DNA of 64,000 nucleotides, taken from a virus. The translations under genes were made by a program, and so were the position numbers. Below the pieces are notes generated by a model, which was not told where the DNA came from, did no database searches, and worked only from the letters and a program-made list of their open reading frames with translations. Positions 9,718 to 19,788 of the stretch are shown here, piece after piece; positions within the stretch are counted from its first letter, which is position 1, and each line of letters opens with the position of its first letter. Where the stretch lies: positions 69,289 through 133,288 of the IMG/VR virus record IMGVR_UViG_3300029564_000003; one strand, given 5' to 3'.

Positions 9718-11292
9718 TCAATACATGGTCGGAGCCTGATTGAGTTGCTTCATCTGCCTTGCATAATCTTCGATGTTGAACTCGTATTTCGGTTTACGTA
9801 GATACTCACGCTCAAGCTGACACTGAACCCAGTAATTGTACGCCAGCGAGCTGTATCGGTCTTTTCGCATACCTGTGCGCTCCTTGATTTTTACATTTGT
9901 ACCCTTGACCTCATATTCAAGTTTTGTCAACTCTGTTCGAAGTAGGGTGGTTTGGATGTATGGCATCCTATATCTAAGTTGCTCTGGTGCTTGCATCTTG
10001 GCAAAGCCCTTGAAGTTCTTGGCCAACACGTCTTCGGCTGCGACCTCATCGATGAGCAGGTTTATCTTGCCAGTCTTGAAGCCGCTGCGTAGCAGGATGC
10101 AGATATCATTGTTGAACGACGCGCTGCCCTTGATAGACCATATGACCTTCGGGGCATCTGAAACCTTGCAACGTGCAGCCATGTCCTTGTCATTGCAACA
10201 CGACAATGCCGAGTAAAGTTCTCCCGTCTCTGGGTCTACAATGTCTTGAACCAGCTTGTCAAAGACTGATAAACCGACGCCAGTACAATCGACGACCAAG
10301 TCGGTACATTTGTATACGTCGAACAACCTTCTGACTATGAGCGCTAAATCATCGGCGTTCAACCCCTCATGGTTTTCCATCCATACGATATTGGCGACAT
10401 AATTACCGCTTCTTGTGGGAGTTGCGCTGTTAATGATAATCGCGCTCGCGTCGTTGTTGTGTTTGCTAGACGCCATAAGAGCAACGTCGACAGACAAAAT
10501 CCTTCGCTCATTTTCTTTAAGCTCTGGAATGGCATATGTCTTGTTCTTCATGACATATGGAGGATACATAGGATTCTTCAATCGTCTCCTGTCAGTGATG
10601 TCATCGAACGAAAAGAACGTGCCATCTTCATCCCCGTAGAACAGCGAATCCATTTCCATATACCACTTGACCTCGTCAAACGTCGTTTCCGATATTTCGT
10701 CTTCAACGGCGTGTATATCAAGCAAGTTCTCCAATATCGAAATCTGATAGGGGAGACTGCATATGAAATATTTCTTTTTATCATCAAGCATCTTGACGGT
10801 GTAGTCCTTGACCTTATCGAAAAGCCAGTGGTCTTTGTAAAACGCAGAACTCATATAGATTTCCTTGTTACGCTCCGTCAAATGCTTGTATTTAGGATTA
10901 TTGAGATACCTTGGCTGGCGCGGAGCGGTCAGGAATTTCTTAAGAACCGTGTTAATCACGTCGAGCTTTACCAGACGACACTCATCGACGATAAGTATGT
11001 TGGCTCTCTTACCTCGCGCGAAATCCGAAGCGGTCGCAGTCTTGATATACGAACCGTTCCTAAACACAATCCTACTGTCATTCTGACCAATCTTGCATTC
11101 AGATATCTCGGCCTTGAGATTCTCAGAACCCCAGCCGTATGATTTCATGAAGATATTTTCTATTTTCTCAAGCACCTCGTTCGCCTGTTTCAGCGTACCA
11201 GATACTACCACGATTTGAGTGTGTGGGTAGAGGATGCACCTGATTGTGGCGAAGAGGGCGGTGAGAAAGGTTTTCAGTATGTTATTACCCAT
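9718..11292 (-). CDS. terL: terminase large subunit, exon 2 (ATPase C-terminal part + nuclease domain)
   Basis: Contains Walker B-like ILIVDECRL and the overall TerL layout; the in-frame stretch opens only ~4 codons upstream of MGNNIL; the N-terminal P-loop part is encoded separately at 12291..12527. Confidence 0.65.
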   Translation of the reverse strand: MGNNILKTFLTALFATIRCILYPHTQIVVVSGTLKQANEVLEKIENIFMKSYGWGSENLKAEISECKIGQNDSRIVFRNGSYIKTATASDFARGKRANILIVDECRLVKLDVINTVLKKFLTAPRQPRYLNNPKYKHLTERNKEIYMSSAFYKDHWLFDKVKDYTVKMLDDKKKYFICSLPYQISILENLLDIHAVEDEISETTFDEVKWYMEMDSLFYGDEDGTFFSFDDITDRRRLKNPMYPPYVMKNKTYAIPELKENERRILSVDVALMASSKHNNDASAIIINSATPTRSGNYVANIVWMENHEGLNADDLALIVRRLFDVYKCTDLVVDCTGVGLSVFDKLVQDIVDPETGELYSALSCCNDKDMAARCKVSDAPKVIWSIKGSASFNNDICILLRSGFKTGKINLLIDEVAAEDVLAKNFKGFAKMQAPEQLRYRMPYIQTTLLRTELTKLEYEVKGTNVKIKERTGMRKDRYSSLAYNYWVQCQLEREYLRKPKYEFNIEDYARQMKQLNQAPTMY

Positions 11293-12290
11293 GAGCTTTT
11301 TATCTCATGCTCTGGGGCTTTCGCCCATTTTCATCGACTTGTCATTTCAAGCCCAGCTTGGCGTACATTTTCGTTCGTTATTGAACGTCGGACACTCTTG
11401 CCAAGATTATATTTATTCACTTGGTACGCTCTACGGTGTCAACCAGCCTTTCGCAATCTGGTTGATTACCTCGGTATTGACATATAATTTTATTACTTAG
11501 CTTTTACCGATTTTATCCGATTTTATCAGGGCAATTTTATTTTATAAATTTCTATTTATATGCAAATCTTTATTGTTATCAACATAATCGAACTTTTCTT
11601 TTTTACGAGACAAACATATACAGTCGTCTGTGTAGATATATTTCTTAAATTTTTCTATATTATCTACACCATAAATATATATGCTACAAGCATTGCTTCT
11701 TTTATCCTTTCTTGGTTCGCCCACTTTAATTCCGTTATTTATCAATATGTCTCTAACAGAAATCAAAAAGTTTTCGTTGCCACAAAAAGAACAAGAATAA
11801 CTGTGCATTCTATATTTTTTGCCTCGTTCACTATGATAATAGTCGCCTTCTGTGTATGAAACGCATCCATCACCATCAAAATATCCACGTATAAAATCTC
11901 TGATATATTGTTCTGGAACAATATCATACGTTGGGAACTCCAATGTTAAACTTTTGCATGGCGTGCATCCGAGATTAATTAAATCTCTACACATCTTCGT
12001 GTAATTAATAACAATTCGATTTGCATTGTATTTACCTGCAATTTTCCTATCCTGTATAGGAACATTGCTTTCAAGCGAGTCTCTGAACTTGATTAGGTGG
12101 TCTATATCTTGACTTTGAAGCGTTATCTCTAACGACATAGACCTCAGTTCTTCGCCTTTATAGTATCTGGTAATACATCCATCTGCATATAAAAACCCAA
12201 GCCAATATGCTTTATCAGATGAATCAATTTTCTTGAAATAATCCTTATTGTAAGTATACTTACTCATTTGTTATTCCAATCGTTCGCGGC
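11293..12290 (-). mobile_element. intron (probably group I) interrupting terL, carrying a LAGLIDADG homing endonuclease gene
   Basis: ~1 kb AT-rich insertion between the two terL coding segments; exon 1 ends ...AARGQGKL then stop, and exon 2 resumes at about 11292; contains a free-standing HEG with its own start codon. Confidence 0.6.
11542..12267 (-). CDS. LAGLIDADG homing endonuclease (double-motif)
   Basis: Two LAGLIDADG motifs: LGFLYADGC and IRGYFDGDGCV; AT-rich codon usage unlike the flanking genes. Confidence 0.8.
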   Translation of the reverse strand: MSKYTYNKDYFKKIDSSDKAYWLGFLYADGCITRYYKGEELRSMSLEITLQSQDIDHLIKFRDSLESNVPIQDRKIAGKYNANRIVINYTKMCRDLINLGCTPCKSLTLEFPTYDIVPEQYIRDFIRGYFDGDGCVSYTEGDYYHSERGKKYRMHSYSCSFCGNENFLISVRDILINNGIKVGEPRKDKRSNACSIYIYGVDNIEKFKKYIYTDDCICLSRKKEKFDYVDNNKDLHINRNL

Positions 12291-12527
12291 TTATAATTTA
12301 CCCTGTCCGCGCGCAGCGATGTAAGTCACATAATAATTGTGCATCATCGCGTACAATAATATCTTCTGAAATAACTTCAATTCGACGTTCAGATAATCCT
12401 TTGCGAACCTGTGCGGATTGCACCTGTAAAAACCAGCCCATGCCGCAATACCGTCCATAATCCGTTTCGACTTTTCGTTTGCGACTTCCTTATCTGACAA
12501 CTTATGCGTGGAATTCATAGACATCAT
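12291..12527 (-). CDS. terL: terminase large subunit, exon 1 (N-terminal P-loop segment)
   Basis: [37 protein letters not shown] = TerL N-terminus ending in the Walker A motif; a stop follows directly. Confidence 0.6.
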   Translation of the reverse strand: MMSMNSTHKLSDKEVANEKSKRIMDGIAAWAGFYRCNPHRFAKDYLNVELKLFQKILLYAMMHNYYVTYIAARGQGKL

Positions 12528-13588
12528 TCCATCCCGTCGTCTTCAAAGTGGTATTCTGGTATATCTTCTTCAAGATTGGTCTTGCCGAACACCGCCTCAA
12601 ACATAGATTCATCATCATCATCTTCAACGTATTCTGGTTTAGACGCGGTATATTTAGACATGAACTTATCATACAGGTTTGAGAATGCGTTCTTGATATT
12701 TACCATCTTCGCAAGATGTCCTCTAAAGAACACATCTATGTAAAGTCCGATTTTATCGACATCTCTTAAATCTTCCTCTGGCTCTGGGATTGGTCGTGTT
12801 CGCTCCCACTTATCTATAAGCGTACCCATTGTCTGATTTTCCGCCGTAGTGTCGCCGACATTCTGCTTAGGCTGCAATTTTGCAGCATCCATGAGTTTTA
12901 GATATTGCTCATTCAATTGCTTGATGTCGCCGATGTTGCCAGATGTCTCGGCCTTCAACTGCTGCAATTGAATCTTGCACAGCTGCTTGAACGTCTCCTC
13001 TTGCGCCATGGTGTTGCACTCATGACGGGCAGTCCATTCCATATATTTATCATATAAAAACACATAATCGTCTCGCGCAAAACCATTGCCGAACATCTTA
13101 ACACCCTCGCGAATGCGCACATCTTTCTCGACATCATCGTCATCATATATAGACATTGTCTTGCCAGCATCGACAGATTCCTTGAACTTATCTTTCAATG
13201 TATCGTCATATGAGCGCTGTATATATGTCTTAAGTCTAGTGCGTTGCATATAATACGACATAACCGAATGGCTACCATCGTTCTCCCAGCTCTTTATTGC
13301 TGATTGAACAAGCTTGTCACTATAATACACATCGAACATCATGCACATTCTCTCAATTGCCTTATGCTCTGGATTCGTCTTGTCTTCACTGACATACTTG
13401 TCATAATAATAATCATACATGTCATCTAGGCAATCTTGACATATTGGCAGTCTTGCATGGTTCTTGAAGAACTCGCTTCTCGTACTGTAATATTTCTTCG
13501 AATCTATCTTCTCACCGCATCGTATGCAGGTTAGTTTTGCGGGGGAGTCAAGGGTTTTGCTGCGGCTCGCATTATTAGCTATAGCCAT
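12524..13588 (-). CDS. hypothetical protein with N-terminal zinc ribbon; possible terminase small subunit
   Basis: 354-aa ORF immediately upstream of terL; CIRCGEKI...CQDC zinc-ribbon; acidic C-terminus; the call is positional only. Confidence 0.3.
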   Translation of the reverse strand: MAIANNASRSKTLDSPAKLTCIRCGEKIDSKKYYSTRSEFFKNHARLPICQDCLDDMYDYYYDKYVSEDKTNPEHKAIERMCMMFDVYYSDKLVQSAIKSWENDGSHSVMSYYMQRTRLKTYIQRSYDDTLKDKFKESVDAGKTMSIYDDDDVEKDVRIREGVKMFGNGFARDDYVFLYDKYMEWTARHECNTMAQEETFKQLCKIQLQQLKAETSGNIGDIKQLNEQYLKLMDAAKLQPKQNVGDTTAENQTMGTLIDKWERTRPIPEPEEDLRDVDKIGLYIDVFFRGHLAKMVNIKNAFSNLYDKFMSKYTASKPEYVEDDDDESMFEAVFGKTNLEEDIPEYHFEDDGME

Positions 13589-13615
13589 TCACATTCCCCA
13601 TTTCCTTCTTAGCGT

Positions 13616-13654
13616 ATATAAAAAAGGGGAGAGTCTACTGGTAGACCCTCCCCA
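13616..13654 (-). terminator. rho-independent terminator (minus strand)
   Basis: Stem GGGGAG(A)GTCTAC/GTAGAC(C)CTCCCC followed by T-run on minus strand (A-run on plus). Confidence 0.5.
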
Positions 13655-13697
13655 GTCCTGTGCGGACTTTATTATATTAATTCAATTATTAATTCAA

Positions 13698-14930
13698 TTA
13701 GAACTTGACATCATAAACGCAGTCAAGCCCGTCATTCCCGAACACGGCGATTACCTGCTCGGGCCGATTGCGCAGTCGCTTGTCCATGCAGAAGTTATCA
13801 GACCCCGAGAGACATCCGCTGGTAATCACCTTGGTATCGTACTCGGTGTGCATGGCATTGGTGTGGCGATGCGCCATAAAGATTGTTGAAGGGCGATAGT
13901 CGAGCATCATGGTAATCTTCGACACCACGCTCTTCGGGTCGTCCTTATCGCCATGTACGGCGACGACATTCGACCCACGAACGCTGAACACAGCCATCGA
14001 CTCCTCGATGTCGTTCACATGGAACACGATGTCGTTCTCGTTCTGAAGCTTCGCGCCAATATAAGGAATAATAAGATGGTCAAAGTTCTCCGCCTTCGCA
14101 AGTTCATTCTTGTTAGCGACAACGCGGGAGTGGTTGCCCGGAGTCACATATACATGCACCGTATCGACCATATCGCAAAGCTCGTAGAGGAAATCTGCGA
14201 TTAGGTCTGCCGCAGTGAGAAACTGCTCGATTACGTTCTGGTTGGACTCGATACGCAGTGGCGTATGAATGAGTCCGCTGATAATCTCAGAAATTATCAC
14301 ATGGGCGTTCTCAACGTTATGGCGCTCGGACACCTCGCAAATCTTGTCAAGGTACTTCCCAAGCCTATCCTTTAGAACATCTTCATCGAACTTATTCCAA
14401 GAGTTATCGATGACAATACCAGTATGCAGGTCGGTCAGAGTGACTACGATATCGGTATCCCCATGAAGATAGACCTTGTCCTTGTGTCCGATTCTGCGCT
14501 CGACATTATCGACAACGGCTCGCTTGACCTGCTCTACGAAACTTTCCTTGCGGGCTTGCTCGCGGAGCAGTCGCTTAAGCTCGTTGCGCTCATCACGCAA
14601 CTTGACCTTTTCCTTCTCAAGCTCGTGGCGTTGTGCCACAATCTCGGAGGACTCGTCGATTTCTCCAAATACACCAGCGTCGTGAAAACGCTTTGCCTGT
14701 TGATACGGTTTGCGGTAGGCACTTGCCGTAAATGGCATATCGCCCATATCCAACTCCTTGTTAAGGATGTCGGCGACCTCATTCCAGCTCATGTCGAGAA
14801 GACCAGAATCCTTTGCCTGACACAAACGCCAGATGAATTGCTCGTCATTCTCAAACTCTTCCTTTTTCAAATTCATAACTTCACACACCCGTCTTAGCTT
14901 GAAACGGCTCAATGGGTCAGATGCCCGCAC
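13698..14930 (-). CDS. calcineurin-like metallophosphoesterase with N-terminal coiled-coil
   Basis: Ordered motifs DxH (TDLHTG), GD, GNHS, and GHxH-like (AHRHTNAMH) of the metallophosphatase fold. Confidence 0.55.
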   Translation of the reverse strand: MRASDPLSRFKLRRVCEVMNLKKEEFENDEQFIWRLCQAKDSGLLDMSWNEVADILNKELDMGDMPFTASAYRKPYQQAKRFHDAGVFGEIDESSEIVAQRHELEKEKVKLRDERNELKRLLREQARKESFVEQVKRAVVDNVERRIGHKDKVYLHGDTDIVVTLTDLHTGIVIDNSWNKFDEDVLKDRLGKYLDKICEVSERHNVENAHVIISEIISGLIHTPLRIESNQNVIEQFLTAADLIADFLYELCDMVDTVHVYVTPGNHSRVVANKNELAKAENFDHLIIPYIGAKLQNENDIVFHVNDIEESMAVFSVRGSNVVAVHGDKDDPKSVVSKITMMLDYRPSTIFMAHRHTNAMHTEYDTKVITSGCLSGSDNFCMDKRLRNRPEQVIAVFGNDGLDCVYDVKF

Positions 14931-15300
14931 AAAGCGAGCCTCTTTCGAGTCTTTTGTTTGTATAGCACCGAATGTTTTGGACTAAACTAACCCGACCCAT
15001 CGACTTACTAACCACCACAATGGATGGCAAAACAACCCTGATGGGTTGACATATGCGGATATTGCCCCATCCGCGAATATGCTGTAACATTCATCTATCC
15101 ATACACGGGGTGGTGCCGCAACAGTTCCAAGATATAGAACAATCGCGGCACCTAGCTAAGAAAGGTGTAGGAATATGAATGATTCCCGACGGGATAAGAC
15201 ACCCGTCTATGACGCGAAATGAATCGCGCCTGTAAATGCCGCAACCCGCTTACGCGGGTCACGAAAGTATCATAATCCGCAAATGCGGGTTACTTCATGT

Positions 15301-15642
15301 TTACTCATCGCCATCTGCGCCAGCCTTGAACAATTTCCCGCAATAATGTCGGGTGATGTTCGCCTTGGCTTTAATCTTGGCGATAGTTGTAATTGTCTTG
15401 CCAGTCAAGTTGTTGACCTGCGTCTGCTCTGGGATATACTGCGAGTCAATAGTGATTCCCTCGAACAAACGAATCGATATATCAGACTTCTCATCAGCGC
15501 TAGACAGAGCCTTGAAAATCTCTTCCTCGATTGCGTTGTATACATCCTCGACAACAGACTTCCTGATTCTGGCAGACCGAGCCGCCATCTTTATGATTTG
15601 AGCCTTGGTATAGACGGTCTTCGGCTTATCATTGTTTTCCAT
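15301..15642 (-). CDS. HU/IHF-like histone-like DNA-binding protein
   Basis: 113 aa; N-terminal KAQIIKMAARSARI...VEDVYNAIEEEIFKAL and the beta-arm region match the HU/IHF family pattern. Confidence 0.7.
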   Translation of the reverse strand: MENNDKPKTVYTKAQIIKMAARSARIRKSVVEDVYNAIEEEIFKALSSADEKSDISIRLFEGITIDSQYIPEQTQVNNLTGKTITTIAKIKAKANITRHYCGKLFKAGADGDE

Positions 15643-15827
15643 TCAATCATCCTTTCCGTAAAGACCGACATGAAATCTCGGTTCAAACCTTTATTTCAAT
15701 AGAGGCTTCCATATATTGAGATTTCAAAAATCAACATATGACCTAGATTTCATGTTGTTTGTTCATTTTGGCAAAAGTTGCATATAACCTTAATTATATG
15801 CTGTTTATGTATTTTAGAGGGTAGGGT

Positions 15828-18788
15828 CTACACAGCGTTTTCCTCTCGTTTACGCTGTCGATATCTCTGCATCTTCAAACGCTTTAACTCTCTCTTATGT
15901 TCCTTCTGACACTCCTCGCAACGCTCGGTTGCAGAGTCGTACACGCTAACCTCGAACCACTCACCGCAATCAACGCACTGAACAGCCTTGGTTTGCGGAT
16001 TGAGCTTGTCAGACAGATTCTCGTAGATTACATCACCGTAGCACAACCACAGGGCTGTTTTGTTAGCAGACTTCTTGATTCCGTATAAGAACTTCACCAA
16101 GATGTCGACGACCTCTTGCTCGGTATATCCGAACTTAGACAATGCATCTCGAATCTTATCGGCGATGCGCTGATTCTTCATCTGGGTGCGCATATAACGC
16201 TCGCTCTTATCGGCCTTGCTAGATGACATCGCAGCATCGACGTTGAGATAATAAGCCTTATCGAACTTGCAATACTCGACGATGAGCGGGTCGGTTTCCT
16301 CCTCGATGATTCTTCCGTTGGATGTGAACGCGACATCGAACTCGATATTGGGGTCGTGCATCAACATCGCACAGTCTATTTTGCCGATTCCGAGTTTCCG
16401 CGTGTTGATTCTCGGATTCGGGATGACGGCCTCAAGCTTGTTGACGAAGCTGAGATTCGCATCTACGATTTGAGAATCTGTCTTGTCCTTCGCGTACTTG
16501 AAGAAGTGGGGGAGTGGTTGCCCTGTGAAGGCCGTCAGCTTCTTGTTCATATCCTTCGGACGCTCTGGTTTATAGAGGGTTTTTGCGTAATCGATAACGT
16601 AGTTGTTTTCCATACAAAGAATCTTGATTAGCTCGACAGCCTCCTTTTGCTCCTCAAGTGTTCCGTCGACAAACACGTCGCTGTTCCAAATCTTAGAGAT
16701 GTTGTTGCTGTAGATGCCGATGTTGCCACCGACGAACGCCGCATTCAATCCAGCGTATATCGCCTTGTTGTCGAGATGAACAGGGGATGCCTTCTTCATA
16801 TCGTAGTAAAGCGGGACGATATCGAACTTCTCGATGTTGCGCTTTGCCACGTCGATGATGGTCTTATCGGCCACCATGAGCAATTTGTCACCGTCGCAGT
16901 CAAATTGAAGCACCCTAGAAATAAGGTCTTTGCAGCTCGTATAAACAGCATCGGTACAATACCAGTTCCTCAGCTTATCACGACGCTCTTCATCGACACC
17001 GCGAGCGGCGACGTTCTTCCTTATCGCATGTTCCAAAAATAAGTGAGGAGACCTCAGACAATCAAGCTCATCGTTCTTCCTGAACAGCCAACAGAACACC
17101 TCGCCGTCATCGAGCAGCCCATTTGGATTGTCTGTACCCATGAACCAGTGTTCGCAAGCGGCATAGAAATCTGGGACTACGAATGTATACTTACCATGGA
17201 TATCGAGCTTTCCAGCCTTGCACCGCTTGATGATACTGTCCTTGATTCTCCTGATATGAGACTTCGTGTACTCGTCATTGATAAGCTCGGGGTATAACTC
17301 GATGCACTTCTGAAATGACGTCTTGCTCTTATTGTATGGCGTGATATCGAACATCGACTTCACGTTTCGAATAGATGAGCACATGTTCTCAAGCTTGTAC
17401 ACGGACTGTCGTGCTATCGAGGCAATCTCATCATCGGCGATATCGGTGAGCGACTGCAACATCTGGTAGTTGATGGTCGCGTCCTTTATCCGCTCTTCCT
17501 CCTCGTTTGTGAATCCTGCGGTGCATCCGTTGTCGTGGTACTTCTCCTTGTAATCATCCCAAGAGTCATAGAAACCCGAGAGCTTGAACTGACTCTTCGT
17601 GAATATCACCTGAATATCCTCATCGATTACGTCATGTTCCTCGCCGTAGATGTCCTTGATGATTGGCGAGCACCCATTTTCACGTATGAACTCGTCGAAA
17701 GGGAACGCGCACAGCAATCCCTTAATCCAAGGTATGCGCACCATCTTGTTGTTCTGCAAGATGCCGAACGCATTTGGCAGCATCATACCAGCTCCATCGG
17801 TATGCTCAATCTCACGATGGCCGCACTCTCGCGTCACGCTGTAATCGACATCGCTGACGAAGTCATAAGTTCCATATACCTCGGTCGCGAAGTCATCGAT
17901 GACGATGCACTTGTCGATATCAAACTCTTCCCACACATCGGTGGCAGAATTCGATAAGGCGTTGTAGGCGAGATACTTGTTCGGATTTATTCCACCCTTT
18001 GCATTGATATCATCGAGTGTCAAACCGCACATGATTGACTTCTCGCATCTGCGCCACACGGACTCCTTGACGAACACGCACTTCTTCGTTCGAATCTGAC
18101 CAGCGGAAGAGGTGAAGTAGATATACCTCTCACCCTTGTAGGTGAATCCGTTGAAAATCAAATCCTTGAGGACGTCGAAGTAGAACACCCGCACAATCAT
18201 GAAGTCATCGGTGAATTCGTCAATCTCCGCACCGATAGTCCTCGTGAAATACGAATCGAACACGGCGATTACGTCATCCTCGGACACAGTCGACTCGTCA
18301 AGCTTCCTGATGTGATGATGCCGGTTCGATGAATCGTTCGCCTCGACCTTGTTCGACAGGAGGGATAATAGCTTCTGCTTGACCTCGTTCGCCTTCTTAG
18401 TCTTCATATCCGCCAAGCTCTTGTAGTATGCGTAATCCACGGCGATGTCATTTACCGTGTCTGCATCGTCCCCGTGTATCGAGAAATCATACTCACCAGA
18501 CATCATGAGCTTGATATCCGACACGTCCACTCCGAACTCCGCCAGCTGAGACTCAAGCTGTCTGGTGCCAGTTATCGTTCTCTTGACACCGTTGGCGTTC
18601 ACTATGAACCCGCCGTTGACCAGCCTGTTGCGCTCAGCCCTCAGCTTGTGGTTGAGCATGTGGAGTCGGCGCTCGCGCTTGCTGTAGAAATTCGAGGTAT
18701 CTACATTGAGTATCTTCACCTGCTTATCTAGCGCCAATAAGAACACATCCTTCCATTTCCGAAACCTTTCTTTCCCCGTTTGAAACAA
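15828..18788 (-). CDS. large protein with DxDGD metal-binding motif and C-terminal zinc ribbon; candidate non-canonical single-subunit (two-barrel/YonO-like) RNA polymerase
   Basis: 986 aa; motif QFDCDGDKLLMV resembles the universal DxDGD catalytic loop of multisubunit-type RNAPs; C-terminal CVDCGEW...CEECQ zinc ribbon; first gene of the late-strand unit next to the divergent control region; the family assignment is inference. Confidence 0.35.
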   Translation of the reverse strand: MFQTGKERFRKWKDVFLLALDKQVKILNVDTSNFYSKRERRLHMLNHKLRAERNRLVNGGFIVNANGVKRTITGTRQLESQLAEFGVDVSDIKLMMSGEYDFSIHGDDADTVNDIAVDYAYYKSLADMKTKKANEVKQKLLSLLSNKVEANDSSNRHHHIRKLDESTVSEDDVIAVFDSYFTRTIGAEIDEFTDDFMIVRVFYFDVLKDLIFNGFTYKGERYIYFTSSAGQIRTKKCVFVKESVWRRCEKSIMCGLTLDDINAKGGINPNKYLAYNALSNSATDVWEEFDIDKCIVIDDFATEVYGTYDFVSDVDYSVTRECGHREIEHTDGAGMMLPNAFGILQNNKMVRIPWIKGLLCAFPFDEFIRENGCSPIIKDIYGEEHDVIDEDIQVIFTKSQFKLSGFYDSWDDYKEKYHDNGCTAGFTNEEEERIKDATINYQMLQSLTDIADDEIASIARQSVYKLENMCSSIRNVKSMFDITPYNKSKTSFQKCIELYPELINDEYTKSHIRRIKDSIIKRCKAGKLDIHGKYTFVVPDFYAACEHWFMGTDNPNGLLDDGEVFCWLFRKNDELDCLRSPHLFLEHAIRKNVAARGVDEERRDKLRNWYCTDAVYTSCKDLISRVLQFDCDGDKLLMVADKTIIDVAKRNIEKFDIVPLYYDMKKASPVHLDNKAIYAGLNAAFVGGNIGIYSNNISKIWNSDVFVDGTLEEQKEAVELIKILCMENNYVIDYAKTLYKPERPKDMNKKLTAFTGQPLPHFFKYAKDKTDSQIVDANLSFVNKLEAVIPNPRINTRKLGIGKIDCAMLMHDPNIEFDVAFTSNGRIIEEETDPLIVEYCKFDKAYYLNVDAAMSSSKADKSERYMRTQMKNQRIADKIRDALSKFGYTEQEVVDILVKFLYGIKKSANKTALWLCYGDVIYENLSDKLNPQTKAVQCVDCGEWFEVSVYDSATERCEECQKEHKRELKRLKMQRYRQRKREENAV

Positions 18789-19202
18789 TATTTGTTTTTA
18801 TATGTTTTCACTTTGTTTATCAACAAAAAACATTGTTTATAAACAAAAGCATCATAAAAACAAATACATTTTACAATTATAGCATATATATTCGCCAGTT
18901 AAAACCATCATCTATCACATCCATGGAAATAACATCGACATTCAACATGGCTAATAATACACATGCTTAATCGCGCACGTTGATATCCGTATACCCAGTT
19001 ATCAAAGTTTTATACGGTCGTATCTCTTCTTCACGAAATCTACATATAGCAACAACTAAAAGCAGTCACTTTGAAACTCGCGCCAAACTGATGGCGTAGT
19101 CTCGCCTTCGGCTCGCTACGCAGATGGGAGATAATCATACGGCCATTGGTTATAGCATACATCTATTGATTATACGATTGCAACCGTGATATCATCTTCG
19201 TC

Positions 19203-19270
19203 AAAACTTGTCACTTTGATTTCCTCGTTATAATATATATATAACGGTTTTTTCAAAGTGACAAGTTTTG
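19203..19270. repeat. 68-bp perfect palindrome, copy 1 (18-bp arms CAAAACTTGTCACTTTGA, centre CGTTATAATATATATATAACGG)
   Basis: Read directly from the sequence; identical second copy 191 bp downstream. Confidence 0.9.
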
Positions 19271-19393
19271 GAGTTGTATAATTTTGTGTTCATTCCATGA
19301 AGATGTTATATGAGTGTATAAAGTTTTAAGTTGTGGGTATAGAACCAACGACGACCAGAGATGTTTCATCGACGGTCGTTTTTAAGGAAATTT

Positions 19394-19461
19394 AAAACTT
19401 GTCACTTTGATTTCCTCGTTATAATATATATATAACGGTTTTTTCAAAGTGACAAGTTTTG
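19394..19461. repeat. 68-bp perfect palindrome, copy 2
   Basis: Identical to 19203..19270. Confidence 0.9.
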
Positions 19462-19490
19462 CTTGTATAACGATAAGGAGCCTTTGTCTT

Positions 19491-19646
19491 ATGCTGAATA
19501 ACATAAAGAATTATATGCGTTACGCCCTAAGAGATGAAATATCTCATTTTTACAGAGAATCAGTTCCTTACGTAGAATCATCTCTCATCCCCGAGGCGGA
19601 GCGCAGCGGAGACCTCGGCATCAGTTTAGCGCTAATTTCAAAGTGA
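19491..19646 (+). CDS. hypothetical small protein (51 aa)
   Basis: AAGGAG RBS 10 nt upstream of the ATG; lies between the palindromes and the iterons. Confidence 0.25.
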   Translation: MLNNIKNYMRYALRDEISHFYRESVPYVESSLIPEAERSGDLGISLALISK

Positions 19647-19770
19647 CAAGTTTGGCAACTTGAAGTGACAAATTCTTATGAATTTGAAGTGACAAACTTT
19701 TACAAGTTTGAAGTGACAAGTTTAACAACTTAAACAATAAGTTTGGCAACTTAAACAACCAAACACGTAA
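19636..19770. repeat. iteron array: 4-5 direct repeats of GAAGTGACAA(G/A)TT at ~24-bp spacing, plus GTTTGGCAACTT x2
   Basis: Seen in sequence; shares the GTGACAA core with the palindrome arms and with a single site at ~19063. Confidence 0.85.
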
Positions 19771-19788
19771 CGGCTAAGGAATGGTGGT

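Larger units (their letters stand above)
18789..19788. promoter_or_regulatory. divergent early/late control region with palindromes and iterons
   Basis: 1-kb AT-rich intergenic region between oppositely oriented gene blocks; contains the repeats listed below. Confidence 0.6.

Noticed and set aside
11293-12290. Intein interpretation of the terL interruption
   Set aside because: The endonuclease is a separate ORF with its own start, and exon 1 ends with a stop codon. An in-frame intein fusion is not possible.
19203-19461. Hairpin-telomere resolution site (telRL-like) interpretation of the 68-bp palindromes
   Set aside because: The palindrome is present in two tandem copies 191 bp apart, and no protelomerase-sized recombinase is encoded (the two tyrosine recombinases are 264 and 305 aa). 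Operator/origin/cruciform promoter is more parsimonious, although the Borrelia-like TATAAT-(AT)n centre is notable.
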